Virus record (IMG/VR): IMGVR_UViG_2861736478_000001
Location: 1-64,000 of that record
Direction: 5' to 3' (one strand)
Source: a virus
Taxonomy: Duplodnaviria > Caudoviricetes
DNA length: 64,000 bases
Shown: positions 18,088 through 27,093 of the stretch, in pieces
Layout of the letters: each line of letters opens with the position of its first letter
Position numbering within the stretch: position 1 is the stretch's first letter
Notes under the pieces: generated by a model
Databases searched by the model: none
What the model was told of the DNA's origin: nothing
What the model saw: the letters and a program-made list of their open reading frames with translations, nothing else
Program-made: the position numbers and the translations under genes

Positions 18088-18420
18088 TGGGGCCCCCTGA
18101 AATAGTTCGAAACCTTTCCCGTTTTGGGTGAAGATCACACTATGACACCGGCCGGGATTCCCGCACCATGCCCTCCATTAGCGACGATAGGTGATCGTTA
18201 TCTTTTCTTGCTGATCTAGAGGTTACGATCCGCAGTGGGCTTACGGGGCAAGGCTCTCGCGAGTGGCGGGTTATGGCCGTGGCCAAAACAGGCCGAACGA
18301 ATCCATGGACACACACGGCGAGAGCGGTTTTTCTTGACGCTCACGCAGAAAGTTGACTCTTGCACTGCCGCATGTCAGTTGCAGGTGCACAGAGCGAGGA
18401 AGAGAAGGGAACGGTCCACG

Positions 18421-18699
18421 ATGGACTCCAATCTCAGGACGAAGATCGGCTTGTACCTTGCGGCTGGGGCGGCAGTCGTCGCGATCATCCTGGCGGGCGC
18501 GCTCCCAGGCGCCGCCGACAGCGACCCCGGCGCGCCGCTGAGTTCGACCACGGCAGAGCCGATCCCGAGCCCTGAGTCTGAATCCGCCAGCGCTTCATCT
18601 GACGATTTGCAGGGCCCGGCCTCGACAAGCAGCCCGACGTCGACGCCGCGTTCGACATCCCCGGTGGCCGAGCGGAACGCGCACGGAAGCGGCTGGTAG
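18421..18699 (+). CDS. Small secreted Ser/Thr/Pro-rich peptide precursor ending in HGSGW
   Basis: Signal peptide MDSNLRTKIGLYLAAGAAVVAIILAGALPGAA; low-complexity linker; AAGGGA RBS. Confidence 0.7.
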   Translation: MDSNLRTKIGLYLAAGAAVVAIILAGALPGAADSDPGAPLSSTTAEPIPSPESESASASSDDLQGPASTSSPTSTPRSTSPVAERNAHGSGW

Positions 18700-18736
18700 A
18701 GCTGATACAGGCGCCTTCGCGCTCCGGAAGCAGCGC

Positions 18737-19021
18737 ATGCTGACACGACAGAACAGGCGCATGCGCGCATGCATGGTCGCCGCAACCGCTGGTTGGGGCC
18801 TAAGTTCGCTCGCCGGCGCGCTCGTGGTGCTCGGCCCGGCCGGGCCGAGCACCCACGCCTTCAGCCTGCTCACAATGTGGCTTCTCGCCGTGCCGATCCC
18901 GGCCTCCGTATGCGCTGCACAACAGCGCCACCGAAAAGCCCGAGCAGCCACAGCTCGGCTCGCCTACGAACTCGGCCTTCTCCACGAACAGGACCTCGCC
19001 CCCACGATGCCCCTCCGGTGA
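18737..19021 (+). CDS. Small two-TM membrane protein (AYELG.LH.Q motif)
   Basis: Two hydrophobic stretches, basic RHRK, AYELGLLHEQD. Confidence 0.65.
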   Translation: MLTRQNRRMRACMVAATAGWGLSSLAGALVVLGPAGPSTHAFSLLTMWLLAVPIPASVCAAQQRHRKARAATARLAYELGLLHEQDLAPTMPLR

Positions 19022-19056
19022 AACGACGCAACGCATAAGCCGACTAGGAGAAACAG

Positions 19057-20040
19057 GTGTACAAGGCGCTCGGGCTCGACCACGAGGAGAGCCACGTCTA
19101 CCAGTTCGTTCTGGCCAACAGCCCCATACCCCGCGGCGAGGTCATCGAGAGGTTCGGTGGCCCAGCGGAGAGGCTGTTAGGGAACCTGGCGGAACGCCAT
19201 CTCACCATGGGCGATGAGCTGATCAGCGCGTGCAACCCGGCGCTGGCCTTGAGCGGTGGTGTGCTCCGCATCCAGAAGGAGTACACCACCGCGAAGTCCG
19301 CACTGGATGACCTGGTCAGCCGCTTCAACGAGAACCCGAACAACTGGGAGTCGGCGGACAACCCGGTTGAGGTCATCCGCGATCCCGCGATCATCACGAA
19401 AACGTTCTCGGAGATCCGGGACACTGCGGTGCGGGAACTGAGGGCCATGTACACCTACCCCTACCAGTTCGTCACACCCTTGGTTGACGACGTCGTGGAG
19501 CACACCACGACGTGCCGAATCCTGGTCGAGCCGAGCGTCTTCTCTGACCCCGCCGCCCGCCGGGACATCACCAAGTCGCACAACAGCGGGTGCGAGGTGC
19601 GAGTCGCGCCGGACGACGATCTCCCAACGAAGATGCTGGTGAAGGACCGAGAGCTGGCGATCATGCCGCGCGACCGAGAGACCGGCGCTGTCCTGGTGAT
19701 CCAGCCCGGCCTGATGATGTCGTTAGTCCTGGCGGCCTTCGACGCCCGGTGGGCGCAAGGCGTACCGGCCCGCGCGTTCGTCCGGCGCACTGGCGCCGAA
19801 TCAGGCACGCGAGTGCGCCGACCCAAGGCCGTTCTGTTCGACGAGGACGGATTGCAGATCCTCAGCATGCTGGCTGACGGGGCGACGGACTCGATGATCG
19901 TCAAAGCGACCGGGGTGTCACAGCGCAACCTGACCCGCCGGATCGGCCAGTTCCTGGATTTCTGCGGCGCGAGGAGCCGATTCCAGCTGGGATTCATCGC
20001 GGCGACCAGCGAGTGGATGCCGAAGCGCCAGGCGTCGTAG
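19057..20040 (+). CDS. TrmB-wHTH / PLD-fold sensor / LuxR-HTH transcriptional regulator
   Basis: ALGLDHEESHVYQFVL; LPTKMLVKDRELAIMP; ILSMLADGATDSMI...SQRNLTRRI...GARSRFQLG; AGGAG RBS. Confidence 0.85.
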   Translation: MYKALGLDHEESHVYQFVLANSPIPRGEVIERFGGPAERLLGNLAERHLTMGDELISACNPALALSGGVLRIQKEYTTAKSALDDLVSRFNENPNNWESADNPVEVIRDPAIITKTFSEIRDTAVRELRAMYTYPYQFVTPLVDDVVEHTTTCRILVEPSVFSDPAARRDITKSHNSGCEVRVAPDDDLPTKMLVKDRELAIMPRDRETGAVLVIQPGLMMSLVLAAFDARWAQGVPARAFVRRTGAESGTRVRRPKAVLFDEDGLQILSMLADGATDSMIVKATGVSQRNLTRRIGQFLDFCGARSRFQLGFIAATSEWMPKRQAS

Positions 20041-20049
20041 CCCGGCTCC

Positions 20050-20067
20050 GCAAGCAGGTCCGCTAGC
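20050..20067. promoter_or_regulatory. GCAAGC-N6-GCTTGC family site between convergent LuxR and repressor genes
   Basis: GCAAGC AGGTCC GCTAGC. Confidence 0.5.
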
Positions 20068-20581
20068 GAGCTCTGAATCGGAGCGTCGCGGCGTGCATAT
20101 CCATGAGGGCATCGATCTGGCCGAACAGCACGTCGCGCATCTCCTGGCGGTCCTGCTCCGTCGCGCCGGGCACATTGTCGATCTCTGCCAGCTGGCGGAG
20201 GAGCTTCTGCTTGGTCCCCGCGGGAATGTCGTCCAAGCTGACCTTGGAGGCCGCCAGCTCGGTCTTGGCGCGCGCGTCGATCTCCTTGCGGAGCAGTTCC
20301 GCAGCGTCGGTGCGTCCAGTCGCCGCGATTTGCTCGGGGGTGGCGTAGAGGACGAGCCCGATGAGAACGAGCTCCCAGTCCTCCGCGATCTTCCGGCCGG
20401 CTTCGATGTTGCGCCACGTTCCGTCGCTGAAGCCGTACCCATCGGGGGCGATCTCCGTCAGCCGCTTCATCGCGGTCGACAGGCTCATCTTGCGGCTTAG
20501 CGCAGCAGGTCGTTCCCGTAGCTGGCGTATGAGGCTGGCTTCGGGTGGCAGAGCTGGTGAGGCGCTCTTGTTGGTGGCCAC
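20063..20581 (-). CDS. CI-like immunity repressor (XRE HTH)
   Basis: PPEASLIRQLRE...FSDGTWRNIEAG...ATPEQIAATGRTDAAELL; divergent from early lytic operon. Confidence 0.8.
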   Translation of the reverse strand: MATNKSASPALPPEASLIRQLRERPAALSRKMSLSTAMKRLTEIAPDGYGFSDGTWRNIEAGRKIAEDWELVLIGLVLYATPEQIAATGRTDAAELLRKEIDARAKTELAASKVSLDDIPAGTKQKLLRQLAEIDNVPGATEQDRQEMRDVLFGQIDALMDMHAATLRFRAR

Positions 20582-20699
20582 AGCCCGGCTCCTTCGTGAT
20601 TTCCGTGATCCTGCGGTTTTTGCGCTTGCTGCGCCAACCGTACCAGGGAGTACGCGGAATGCCAGTACCTACAGACACTTCTCAGCATCACGATGACGT

Positions 20700-20760
20700 G
20701 CGCGATTTTCGCGAATTTCTCGAAAATCCTTGACTTTCTCGAATGATCGACTAGCGTCTG
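20700..20760 (+). promoter_or_regulatory. Lytic promoter with overlapping repeated operators
   Basis: TTGACT(20730)-N16-TAGCGT; repeats TTTCGCGAA, TTTCTCGAA, TTTCTCGAA. Confidence 0.65.
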
Positions 20761-20795
20761 ATTGTGCTAGTAGATCATCACCAACCAAGGTCGCG

Positions 20796-21173
20796 ATGGG
20801 GGACATGAACCCCGTGAACGACCTCATCGAAAGCGTGCAAGACCTGGTCAACGGCATTCTCGACGCAGCGGCTCCCCCCAGGAAGAAGCTCTTCACCGTC
20901 CAAGAAGCCGCACTAGCGATGCGCGTGAGCCCATCCACCGTCCTCGGGCTCATCCGAGACAAGAGCCTGGCCAACATCTCGATCCACAAGAAGAGCTTCC
21001 GCATCCCGCGCCAAGCCCTCCGAGACCACCTGTTCCACCGATACGTCGCCTCCGAACTCGCGGCGGCCACGCAAGAACTCGCACTCGTGCAGCTGGAGCT
21101 CAAGCGCCGCAAGGCCGAGCTCGACCGCGTCACCAAACGCCTCGCCCAAGCCAGCGACGCGCCCGCCCCATAG
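20796..21173 (+). CDS. Cro/excisionase-like HTH_17 protein with C-terminal coiled coil
   Basis: LFTVQEAALAMRVSPSTVLGLIRDKSL...FRIPRQAL. Confidence 0.8.
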   Translation: MGDMNPVNDLIESVQDLVNGILDAAAPPRKKLFTVQEAALAMRVSPSTVLGLIRDKSLANISIHKKSFRIPRQALRDHLFHRYVASELAAATQELALVQLELKRRKAELDRVTKRLAQASDAPAP

Positions 21174-21195
21174 CCCCCACCCGAAAGGAATCGTC

Positions 21196-21522
21196 GTGCC
21201 TCGACTCACCCCCTCTACGCTGAGCCTCCGTACCCGCCGCAGCACATGGACCGTCGTCCACGCCCAGCAGCTGGACGTGGTCATCCGGCGCACGCCGGAC
21301 AACCGCAACCCCCGCTTCTACGCCTACCGCCACATCGCTGGGCTCACGTGGATGCAGATCCCCGGCCACTTCTACCGGCTCGACCAGGCCCGCGTCGCTC
21401 TCGCAAGCGAATCCGCCAGCATCACCGTCTGGGAGTTGCTGACGCCTCTGCTCGACCTCGCGGCCAAGACCCAGCCGCTCAGCACCGAGCCCCTTCCCAT
21501 CGCGGCCGGTGGTGACCGATGA
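21196..21522 (+). CDS. Hypothetical protein
   Basis: GAAAGGA RBS; coupled. Confidence 0.65.
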   Translation: MPRLTPSTLSLRTRRSTWTVVHAQQLDVVIRRTPDNRNPRFYAYRHIAGLTWMQIPGHFYRLDQARVALASESASITVWELLTPLLDLAAKTQPLSTEPLPIAAGGDR

Positions 21523-21776
21523 GCGCCCCCCTCGACGCCGAGACGCACGCCATCCGCCGCATCGTCGGGCAGTACGGCAAGCCCACCGCGATCCTCGCCC
21601 TCTACGCCCACCAGCACGAGACGTGCGCTGCCTATGGCCCGCTGCGCGCCGCGCTGGTTGAGAGCCTCCCCGAAGAGCTCGACCCCCGAGAGGCATCCGA
21701 CCTGGCCGACGAGCTGATCGACCAGGTCCGCCGCCACATCCTGATCGCCGAGTACGCCCCGGAGCCCACCGCGTGA
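21519..21776 (+). CDS. Hypothetical protein
   Basis: ATGA/GTGA overlaps. Confidence 0.6.
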   Translation: MSAPLDAETHAIRRIVGQYGKPTAILALYAHQHETCAAYGPLRAALVESLPEELDPREASDLADELIDQVRRHILIAEYAPEPTA

Positions 21777-21970
21777 CCAGCACCACCCTGAACCCCCCGG
21801 GCGAGCAACCGCCCAACGAAGACGAACTCGACGCCTTCATCGGCGCTCTCCGCGAAGAGCAGCCCGCCGAGCAGCGGCGTCACCCGTACCTCCACGCGCC
21901 GTCGTGGCGCGGCGGGCCGGCCTTGGGCACCTACGGCGAGTGGGAGTACGAGCGCGAGCGTGGTCTGTGA
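21773..21970 (+). CDS. Hypothetical protein
   Basis: GTGA overlaps on both sides. Confidence 0.55.
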   Translation: MTSTTLNPPGEQPPNEDELDAFIGALREEQPAEQRRHPYLHAPSWRGGPALGTYGEWEYERERGL

Positions 21971-22869
21971 CGGTCCTGACCGCTCACCAGATCCCGGACG
22001 TTCAGCCCGGCTCCACGGAGTGGCTTCGCTACATGTCCGCTTCCAAGGCCGCCGCTGTGCTCGGCCTGTCGCCATGGGAGTCGCCGTTCTCCCTGTGGTG
22101 CCTCATGGCCGGGCTGGTCGAACCGGAACCCCAGACCAAGGAGCAGGCCCGCGGCCACTACCTCGAGCCCGCGGTCGCGAACTGGCTTGCCGACCGGCAC
22201 CCGGAGTACCGGATGCTGCCCGGCGGCACCTGGGTCAGCAACGATCGGCCCTGGCAGCTCACCTCGCCGGACCGGCTTTTCTACGCCGGGGACGAGCTGG
22301 CCGAGCTGATCGAGTGCAAGACCGACGCCGACGGCCGCGAATGGGGCAAGCCCGGCACCAACGAGATCCCGCTGTACTACCTCGTCCAGGTGTTGTTCCA
22401 GATGGACACCATCGGCGCCCGCCGGACCCGCGTCGGCCTGCTCACCGGCAGGCTCGAATTCCGCGAGTACGTGGTGGACTACGACGAGCACTACGCCGCC
22501 GTGATCCGCGAGCGGTGCGAGTCGTTCATGGCCTCCCTCCTGCTGGGAGACATGCCCGACCTCGACGACCGTAAGGCCACGTACGAGTCGCTGCGTCGCC
22601 AGCACCCCCTGATCGACCGGGCTGGCAAGTACTTCATGGAGCCCGGCCTGGCCATCGAGGTGATCGACGCGCTCCAGGAGCTCGAATCCGCAGAAGCAGC
22701 AGTGCTGACGGCCAAAGGGAAACTGCTGGTCGCCATGGGCACCGCCCGCCGGGCCTACTTCAACGGCGACCTGGTCGCTATCCGCATGGCCAAGGGCGCC
22801 GAAGGTGTGCCCTTCCTCAAGTTTGAGAAGGCCCTGCCCGACATTTCCGACCTCGTAGGAGCATTTTGA
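21967..22869 (+). CDS. YqaJ / lambda-exonuclease-like viral recombinase
   Basis: EWLRYMSASKAAAVLGLSPWES...GHYLEP...SPDR...IECKT...YYLVQVLFQM. Confidence 0.93.
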   Translation: MTVLTAHQIPDVQPGSTEWLRYMSASKAAAVLGLSPWESPFSLWCLMAGLVEPEPQTKEQARGHYLEPAVANWLADRHPEYRMLPGGTWVSNDRPWQLTSPDRLFYAGDELAELIECKTDADGREWGKPGTNEIPLYYLVQVLFQMDTIGARRTRVGLLTGRLEFREYVVDYDEHYAAVIRERCESFMASLLLGDMPDLDDRKATYESLRRQHPLIDRAGKYFMEPGLAIEVIDALQELESAEAAVLTAKGKLLVAMGTARRAYFNGDLVAIRMAKGAEGVPFLKFEKALPDISDLVGAF

Positions 22870-24275
22870 TGACCACTGAAACGCTGCCCGCCGTGATTCG
22901 CCGCGAGGACACCCTCGTCGAGCGGCAGGAGTACGCCAAGGCCCTGGCTGTGTCGGACCTCCTGCCCGCCCAGTACCGGAACAAGCCGGGCAATGTGCTG
23001 TACGCGGTCGAGTTTGGCCGCTCTCTTGGCATCTCCCCGATGGCCGCCATCCTTGGCGTGCACATCATCGAAGGCCGGGCCTGTGCCTCCTCCGGGCTCA
23101 TCTCCGCGCTCGTGCGGGACGCCGGCCACAGGCTGCGCATCTGGGTCGAACGTAACCCCCAGAACGGGGCGCTGGTGAAAGCGGTCGCCACGATCGTCCG
23201 TGGTGACGACCCCGACTTCGAGTTCCGCGCCGAATGGACGTGGGACCGCGCCGTCGCTGCCGGGGTCACGGGCAAGAAGGTGTGGCAGAACTATCGGGAA
23301 GGGATGCTGAAGGCTCGCGCGATCACTGAAGTGGCCCGCGAAGCCTGCGAGGAGGCCCTGCGCGGCGTCGGCTACACCCCCGAAGAGCTCGGCGCAGAGG
23401 TCAACGAAGACGGCTCCATCGTCATCACCGACGCCAGGACGCCGCAGGGCCAGTCCCTCGGTGACGCGCTCGGCGTCAACCCCGGCCACGGTGACGACTC
23501 CCAGGACACCGACAAGGCCAGCAAGAAGCAGCGCAACGAGATCGGCGCGGCGATGGTCGCCCAGGGATACACCAAGGAGACCGCGCCCGGCTTCCTGTCG
23601 AAGGTCGCGCAACGGCCGGTGCAGAAGTCCGAGGAGCTGACGGGGGCAGAGGCCGCCCAGGTCATGCACGCCCTCAACATGGCGGCCAAGGCCCAGACCG
23701 CGCCAGAGGCCCAGCCCGAATCCGAGCCCCAGGCCGCAGCGGATGACGACATCCACGAGGGCGAGCTGGTCGACGACGAGGAGCCGCACGAGGCCGAGCC
23801 AGTCGTGATGATCAGCAAGGGCCAGCAGGCCGAGATGCACGCCCTGCTCAAGGACTGCGAGATCACCTCCGCCACCGGGGCGGGCTCGAAGGCCATCAAC
23901 GACGAGAAGCGGTTCACCTACCTCTCCCACTTCCTCAACCGCCCAATCACCTCCAGCAGCGAACTCACATACGAGGAAGCACAGGGCGTGGTCGCCGCGC
24001 TGCGGCAGCTGCGAGCCGAGATCGAGGCGGAGCGGAACCTTCAGCTCTCCCAGATCGGCGGCCTGTTCCAGGGCCTCGGCGTCGAATCCAAGGAGGACCG
24101 GCTCCGCGACACCTCCGCCCTCCTCGGCCGCACCATCACCAAGCCGGACGAGCTCTCCTCGGCCGACCTCGCCACGCTCCTCCAGGGCCTGAACGCGGCC
24201 GGAGGCGTCATCGATGCCTGGACCGCACTCATCGCCCAGGTGGAGGCCGCCCGCGGTGAGGACGGTCAGCACTGA
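22866..24275 (+). CDS. RecT-like single-strand annealing protein with long C-terminal extension
   Basis: LLPAQYRNKPGNVL...HIIEGR...W.NY..GMLKARAITEVAR...YTPEELG; adjacent to YqaJ. Confidence 0.85.
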   Translation: MMTTETLPAVIRREDTLVERQEYAKALAVSDLLPAQYRNKPGNVLYAVEFGRSLGISPMAAILGVHIIEGRACASSGLISALVRDAGHRLRIWVERNPQNGALVKAVATIVRGDDPDFEFRAEWTWDRAVAAGVTGKKVWQNYREGMLKARAITEVAREACEEALRGVGYTPEELGAEVNEDGSIVITDARTPQGQSLGDALGVNPGHGDDSQDTDKASKKQRNEIGAAMVAQGYTKETAPGFLSKVAQRPVQKSEELTGAEAAQVMHALNMAAKAQTAPEAQPESEPQAAADDDIHEGELVDDEEPHEAEPVVMISKGQQAEMHALLKDCEITSATGAGSKAINDEKRFTYLSHFLNRPITSSSELTYEEAQGVVAALRQLRAEIEAERNLQLSQIGGLFQGLGVESKEDRLRDTSALLGRTITKPDELSSADLATLLQGLNAAGGVIDAWTALIAQVEAARGEDGQH

Positions 24276-24520
24276 TGGCCCGCGCGAGGGCTCCTCAGCA
24301 CGGCAAGGCCGGAACCTACAACGGCGGTTGCCGCTGCGTGTCGTGCACTGCGGCGGTGGCCGAGCGGCTGCGCATGACCCGGGCCAACCTCCGAGCGAGG
24401 GCGATCTCCCATCCGGAGCTGGTGCCGCACGGCACCTCCGGCGCTTACCACAACTGGGGGTGCCGTTGCGATACCTGCAAGTCCGCCCAGAAGGCCCGCA
24501 CTCGCCGCAAGACCACGTGA
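24275..24520 (+). CDS. Small protein with two HG..Y...GCRC..C Zn-binding repeats
   Basis: HGKAGTYNGGCRCVSC and HGTSGAYHNWGCRCDTC. Confidence 0.75.
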   Translation: MARARAPQHGKAGTYNGGCRCVSCTAAVAERLRMTRANLRARAISHPELVPHGTSGAYHNWGCRCDTCKSAQKARTRRKTT

Positions 24521-24539
24521 TCTGGAACGGAGACCCATC

Positions 24540-24989
24540 ATGATCAGACAGGTGTTCGTCGCGGACACGCCGTTCAGTCCCGAGCAGATCTACCACCAGG
24601 TCAGCCTGACGGAGCTCACCCTCGTTGTGGGCCAGCTCCGTGTCCCGGCCTCGGGAGGCGACTTGAGCGCCCTCGTCGACGCCGAGCGGATCGCCGACAA
24701 GCTGGGGCGCGTGGTTGCCGCCTACCACCGTGACCTGAAGATCCGGATCGGCCAGCTCCAGCGCGCGGACGAGCAGCGAGCGACCGCCCCCGCGCTGTGC
24801 GCCTGCGGCCAGCCGGCCGAGCCCGGCATCACGCACCAGACGGACGCGCCCTGCTACCGCGACGAGTCCCGCACCGCCGCCACACTCGAGCCGGAGAGCG
24901 CCCTGGGCGACATCGACCCGCACCTAGCCAAGGTGGTGGATCGCGTGTTCGCGACCCCCACCCACGAAGCCACTCAACCCGCAAGCTAA
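24540..24989 (+). CDS. Hypothetical protein
   Basis: GGAGA RBS; ORF track. Confidence 0.6.
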   Translation: MIRQVFVADTPFSPEQIYHQVSLTELTLVVGQLRVPASGGDLSALVDAERIADKLGRVVAAYHRDLKIRIGQLQRADEQRATAPALCACGQPAEPGITHQTDAPCYRDESRTAATLEPESALGDIDPHLAKVVDRVFATPTHEATQPAS

Positions 24990-24998
24990 ACCGCTTGC
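24981..24998. promoter_or_regulatory. Perfect GCAAGC-N6-GCTTGC site
   Basis: GCAAGC TAAACC GCTTGC upstream of ATG 25031. Confidence 0.75.
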
Positions 24999-25030
24999 GA
25001 AAGTCACCTCACCCGAAGAAGGAGTCCGCC

Positions 25031-25315
25031 ATGGGACCCACGAAGGCGCAGATCGTGCTCAACGGCGACGGCAGCGCCGACTACAGCGTCATCGACTACG
25101 ACGAGGAGACCGGGCCGTACTGGTACGTCTTCATCGACGACACCCCGGTCGCACCGGACAGGCCACTGCCGCTCACCCACGCGCTCCGCGAGTTCGAGAG
25201 ATGCGCCCGGCAAGCCATCGAGGAGGACGACGGCGAGAGCGTCGAGCTGCGCCCGTGCACCCCCGATGACCTCGAATGGGCGGGCGTCACCGGTGCCGCT
25301 AACGGGGGTGAGTGA
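25031..25315 (+). CDS. Acidic hypothetical protein
   Basis: AAGGAG RBS; ATG 25031. Confidence 0.65.
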   Translation: MGPTKAQIVLNGDGSADYSVIDYDEETGPYWYVFIDDTPVAPDRPLPLTHALREFERCARQAIEEDDGESVELRPCTPDDLEWAGVTGAANGGE

Positions 25316-25518
25316 CCATGTTCCTCGCCATTCTGCTTGCGGCGGCGTACTGGCTGATCAACTCCTGGCTGATCATGCTGGTGGTCGCCTACCTTCACCA
25401 CCAGTGGTGGGCCGTCATCCCCGAGATGACCTATGGCAACGCCGTCGTCACCTCCCTCCTGCTGCACGCGATCGCCGTCCCGGCGGTCGCCACCATCTCC
25501 AAGGGTCGGCGGCGATGA
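25312..25518 (+). CDS. Small two-TM membrane protein
   Basis: Hydrophobic segments; coupled. Confidence 0.65.
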   Translation: MTMFLAILLAAAYWLINSWLIMLVVAYLHHQWWAVIPEMTYGNAVVTSLLLHAIAVPAVATISKGRRR

Positions 25519-25898
25519 GCCGATACACCATTGCCAACGAGCCTGGTGCTTCCGCAGGTCGCACGACCGAGGTCGGTTGGGACGCGCCGCTGTCCACCTA
25601 CTTCCTGTCGGCGTTCGAGCCCGGAGACGGTGCGGACGGCGACGACACCGAAGTGTTCTGGTACGGCTGCACCCCGGCGGAGGTGCCGACCGTCGAGGCG
25701 CTCGACGTGCTGCTCGCCAAGCACAACCTCGTCGTCACCGCGCCGATCGCCTACGCCCTCGTCCAGGACCGCGAGCGTGAAGGCCACCGATTCTCCACCC
25801 GGCCGGCGGCAGCGCTCATCGCAGACCTGGTCCGCCCCATCGTCGACGACGCCCAGCAGGCGCGCATCGATGCCGAGCTCGCCCGGCGGCCCTCGTGA
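25515..25898 (+). CDS. Conserved hypothetical (VGWD.PL.TYF family)
   Basis: EVGWDAPLSTYFL...FWYG. Confidence 0.65.
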   Translation: MSRYTIANEPGASAGRTTEVGWDAPLSTYFLSAFEPGDGADGDDTEVFWYGCTPAEVPTVEALDVLLAKHNLVVTAPIAYALVQDREREGHRFSTRPAAALIADLVRPIVDDAQQARIDAELARRPS

Positions 25899-26146
25899 GG
25901 GCCCTCATCGTTCTGACCCTCGTCGCCATCATCGCCATCGCCTACGTCGCCGTCGTGTGGATCCAGTCCCGCGTCAAGGGCGCCCGCGAAAGCCAACGCG
26001 AACTCGCCCGGCACCGCCAGCTCGTCGCCGAACTCCACCAGCTGGCCATCGACCAACTCGGCGTCGACCCCACCGCCCAGCTCCTCGAACTGAAGATCCG
26101 CAAATTCCACACCGCCCCCTCAACCCGCAAGGAAGCTCGTTCATGA
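25895..26146 (+). CDS. Small membrane-anchored coiled-coil protein
   Basis: N-terminal TM; coupled to SPFH gene. Confidence 0.65.
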   Translation: MRALIVLTLVAIIAIAYVAVVWIQSRVKGARESQRELARHRQLVAELHQLAIDQLGVDPTAQLLELKIRKFHTAPSTRKEARS

Positions 26147-27009
26147 CCCGCAAGTACATCCCCGCCGCCATCCTCGCCCTGGCAGCCCTGACCGCCTGCT
26201 CGGTCACCACCGAGACCAACGAGCAGGCCATCGACTACGACTACGACATGTTCTCCGGCACCACGAAGAAGGAATCATGTGTCGCGCCGGGCCAGCGCTC
26301 CATGCTCGACATCAACGACTACGGCGTGGTCCTACCCGCCGACCTGCGCACGTTCGAGTTCGCCGGGTCGGCCGATCCGAAGAACCCGAACGCGGTCGTC
26401 GTCAAGGAGGGGGCAGAAACCGGCCCGATCACGGTCTCCGCTGCCGGGAACATCACCATGCTGGTCAGCGGTGTCGCCTCGTTCAACCTCACCACCGACT
26501 GCGCCACCCTCGACGAGTTCTGGCGCAACATCGGCCGCAAGTACGCCGCCGACACCCCTGACGGCTGGCGGCGCATGCTGAGCGTCGTCGTTCAGCAGCC
26601 GCTAGACCGTGCGATGGATGCCGCGGCCAAGGCGTACACGTGGGAGCAGCTCTCCGGCGACAACACCGTCAAGCAGAACTGGGAGAAGGCAGTCGCCGAT
26701 TCGCTGCCGGGCTTCATCCAGGAGCAGACCGGCAAGCAGTACTTCACCAACTTCAAGCTGACGCTCCAGATGCCGATGGCTCCGCCAAGCCTCCAGGACG
26801 CGAAGACGGCCAAGGAAGTCGCCAACCAGCGCAACGAGGCGCAGAAGGCTGAGAACACCCGCGCGCTCACCGAGTTGGACCAGATCAAGGCGCTCAAGGA
26901 TGTGCTGGGCATCGAGGGCGCGGTCCTGTGGCGGGCTGTCGAGAAGGGCCAGCTCCAGGTGTACGTGACTGGCGACGGCAAGGTCAACGTCACTCCTGGC
27001 AAGCCGTAG
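26143..27009 (+). CDS. SPFH/Band-7-like lipoprotein
   Basis: Lipobox LTAC; PADLRTFEF; V.G...F.L; C-terminal coiled coil. Confidence 0.7.
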   Translation: MTRKYIPAAILALAALTACSVTTETNEQAIDYDYDMFSGTTKKESCVAPGQRSMLDINDYGVVLPADLRTFEFAGSADPKNPNAVVVKEGAETGPITVSAAGNITMLVSGVASFNLTTDCATLDEFWRNIGRKYAADTPDGWRRMLSVVVQQPLDRAMDAAAKAYTWEQLSGDNTVKQNWEKAVADSLPGFIQEQTGKQYFTNFKLTLQMPMAPPSLQDAKTAKEVANQRNEAQKAENTRALTELDQIKALKDVLGIEGAVLWRAVEKGQLQVYVTGDGKVNVTPGKP

Positions 27010-27093
27010 TCCGCGCTGCACCCCACTTCGCTGCTCGGCCGCGGCGGATCACACCGCGGCGGCCGGCGGCGTCCTCCACCGTCCCACGCTCGC

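Noticed and set aside
22755-24923. 722-aa minus-strand ORF (similarly 5765-7033, 52060-53349, 846-1694)
   Set aside because: Antisense shadows of well-supported plus-strand genes in GC-rich DNA; no recognisable motifs
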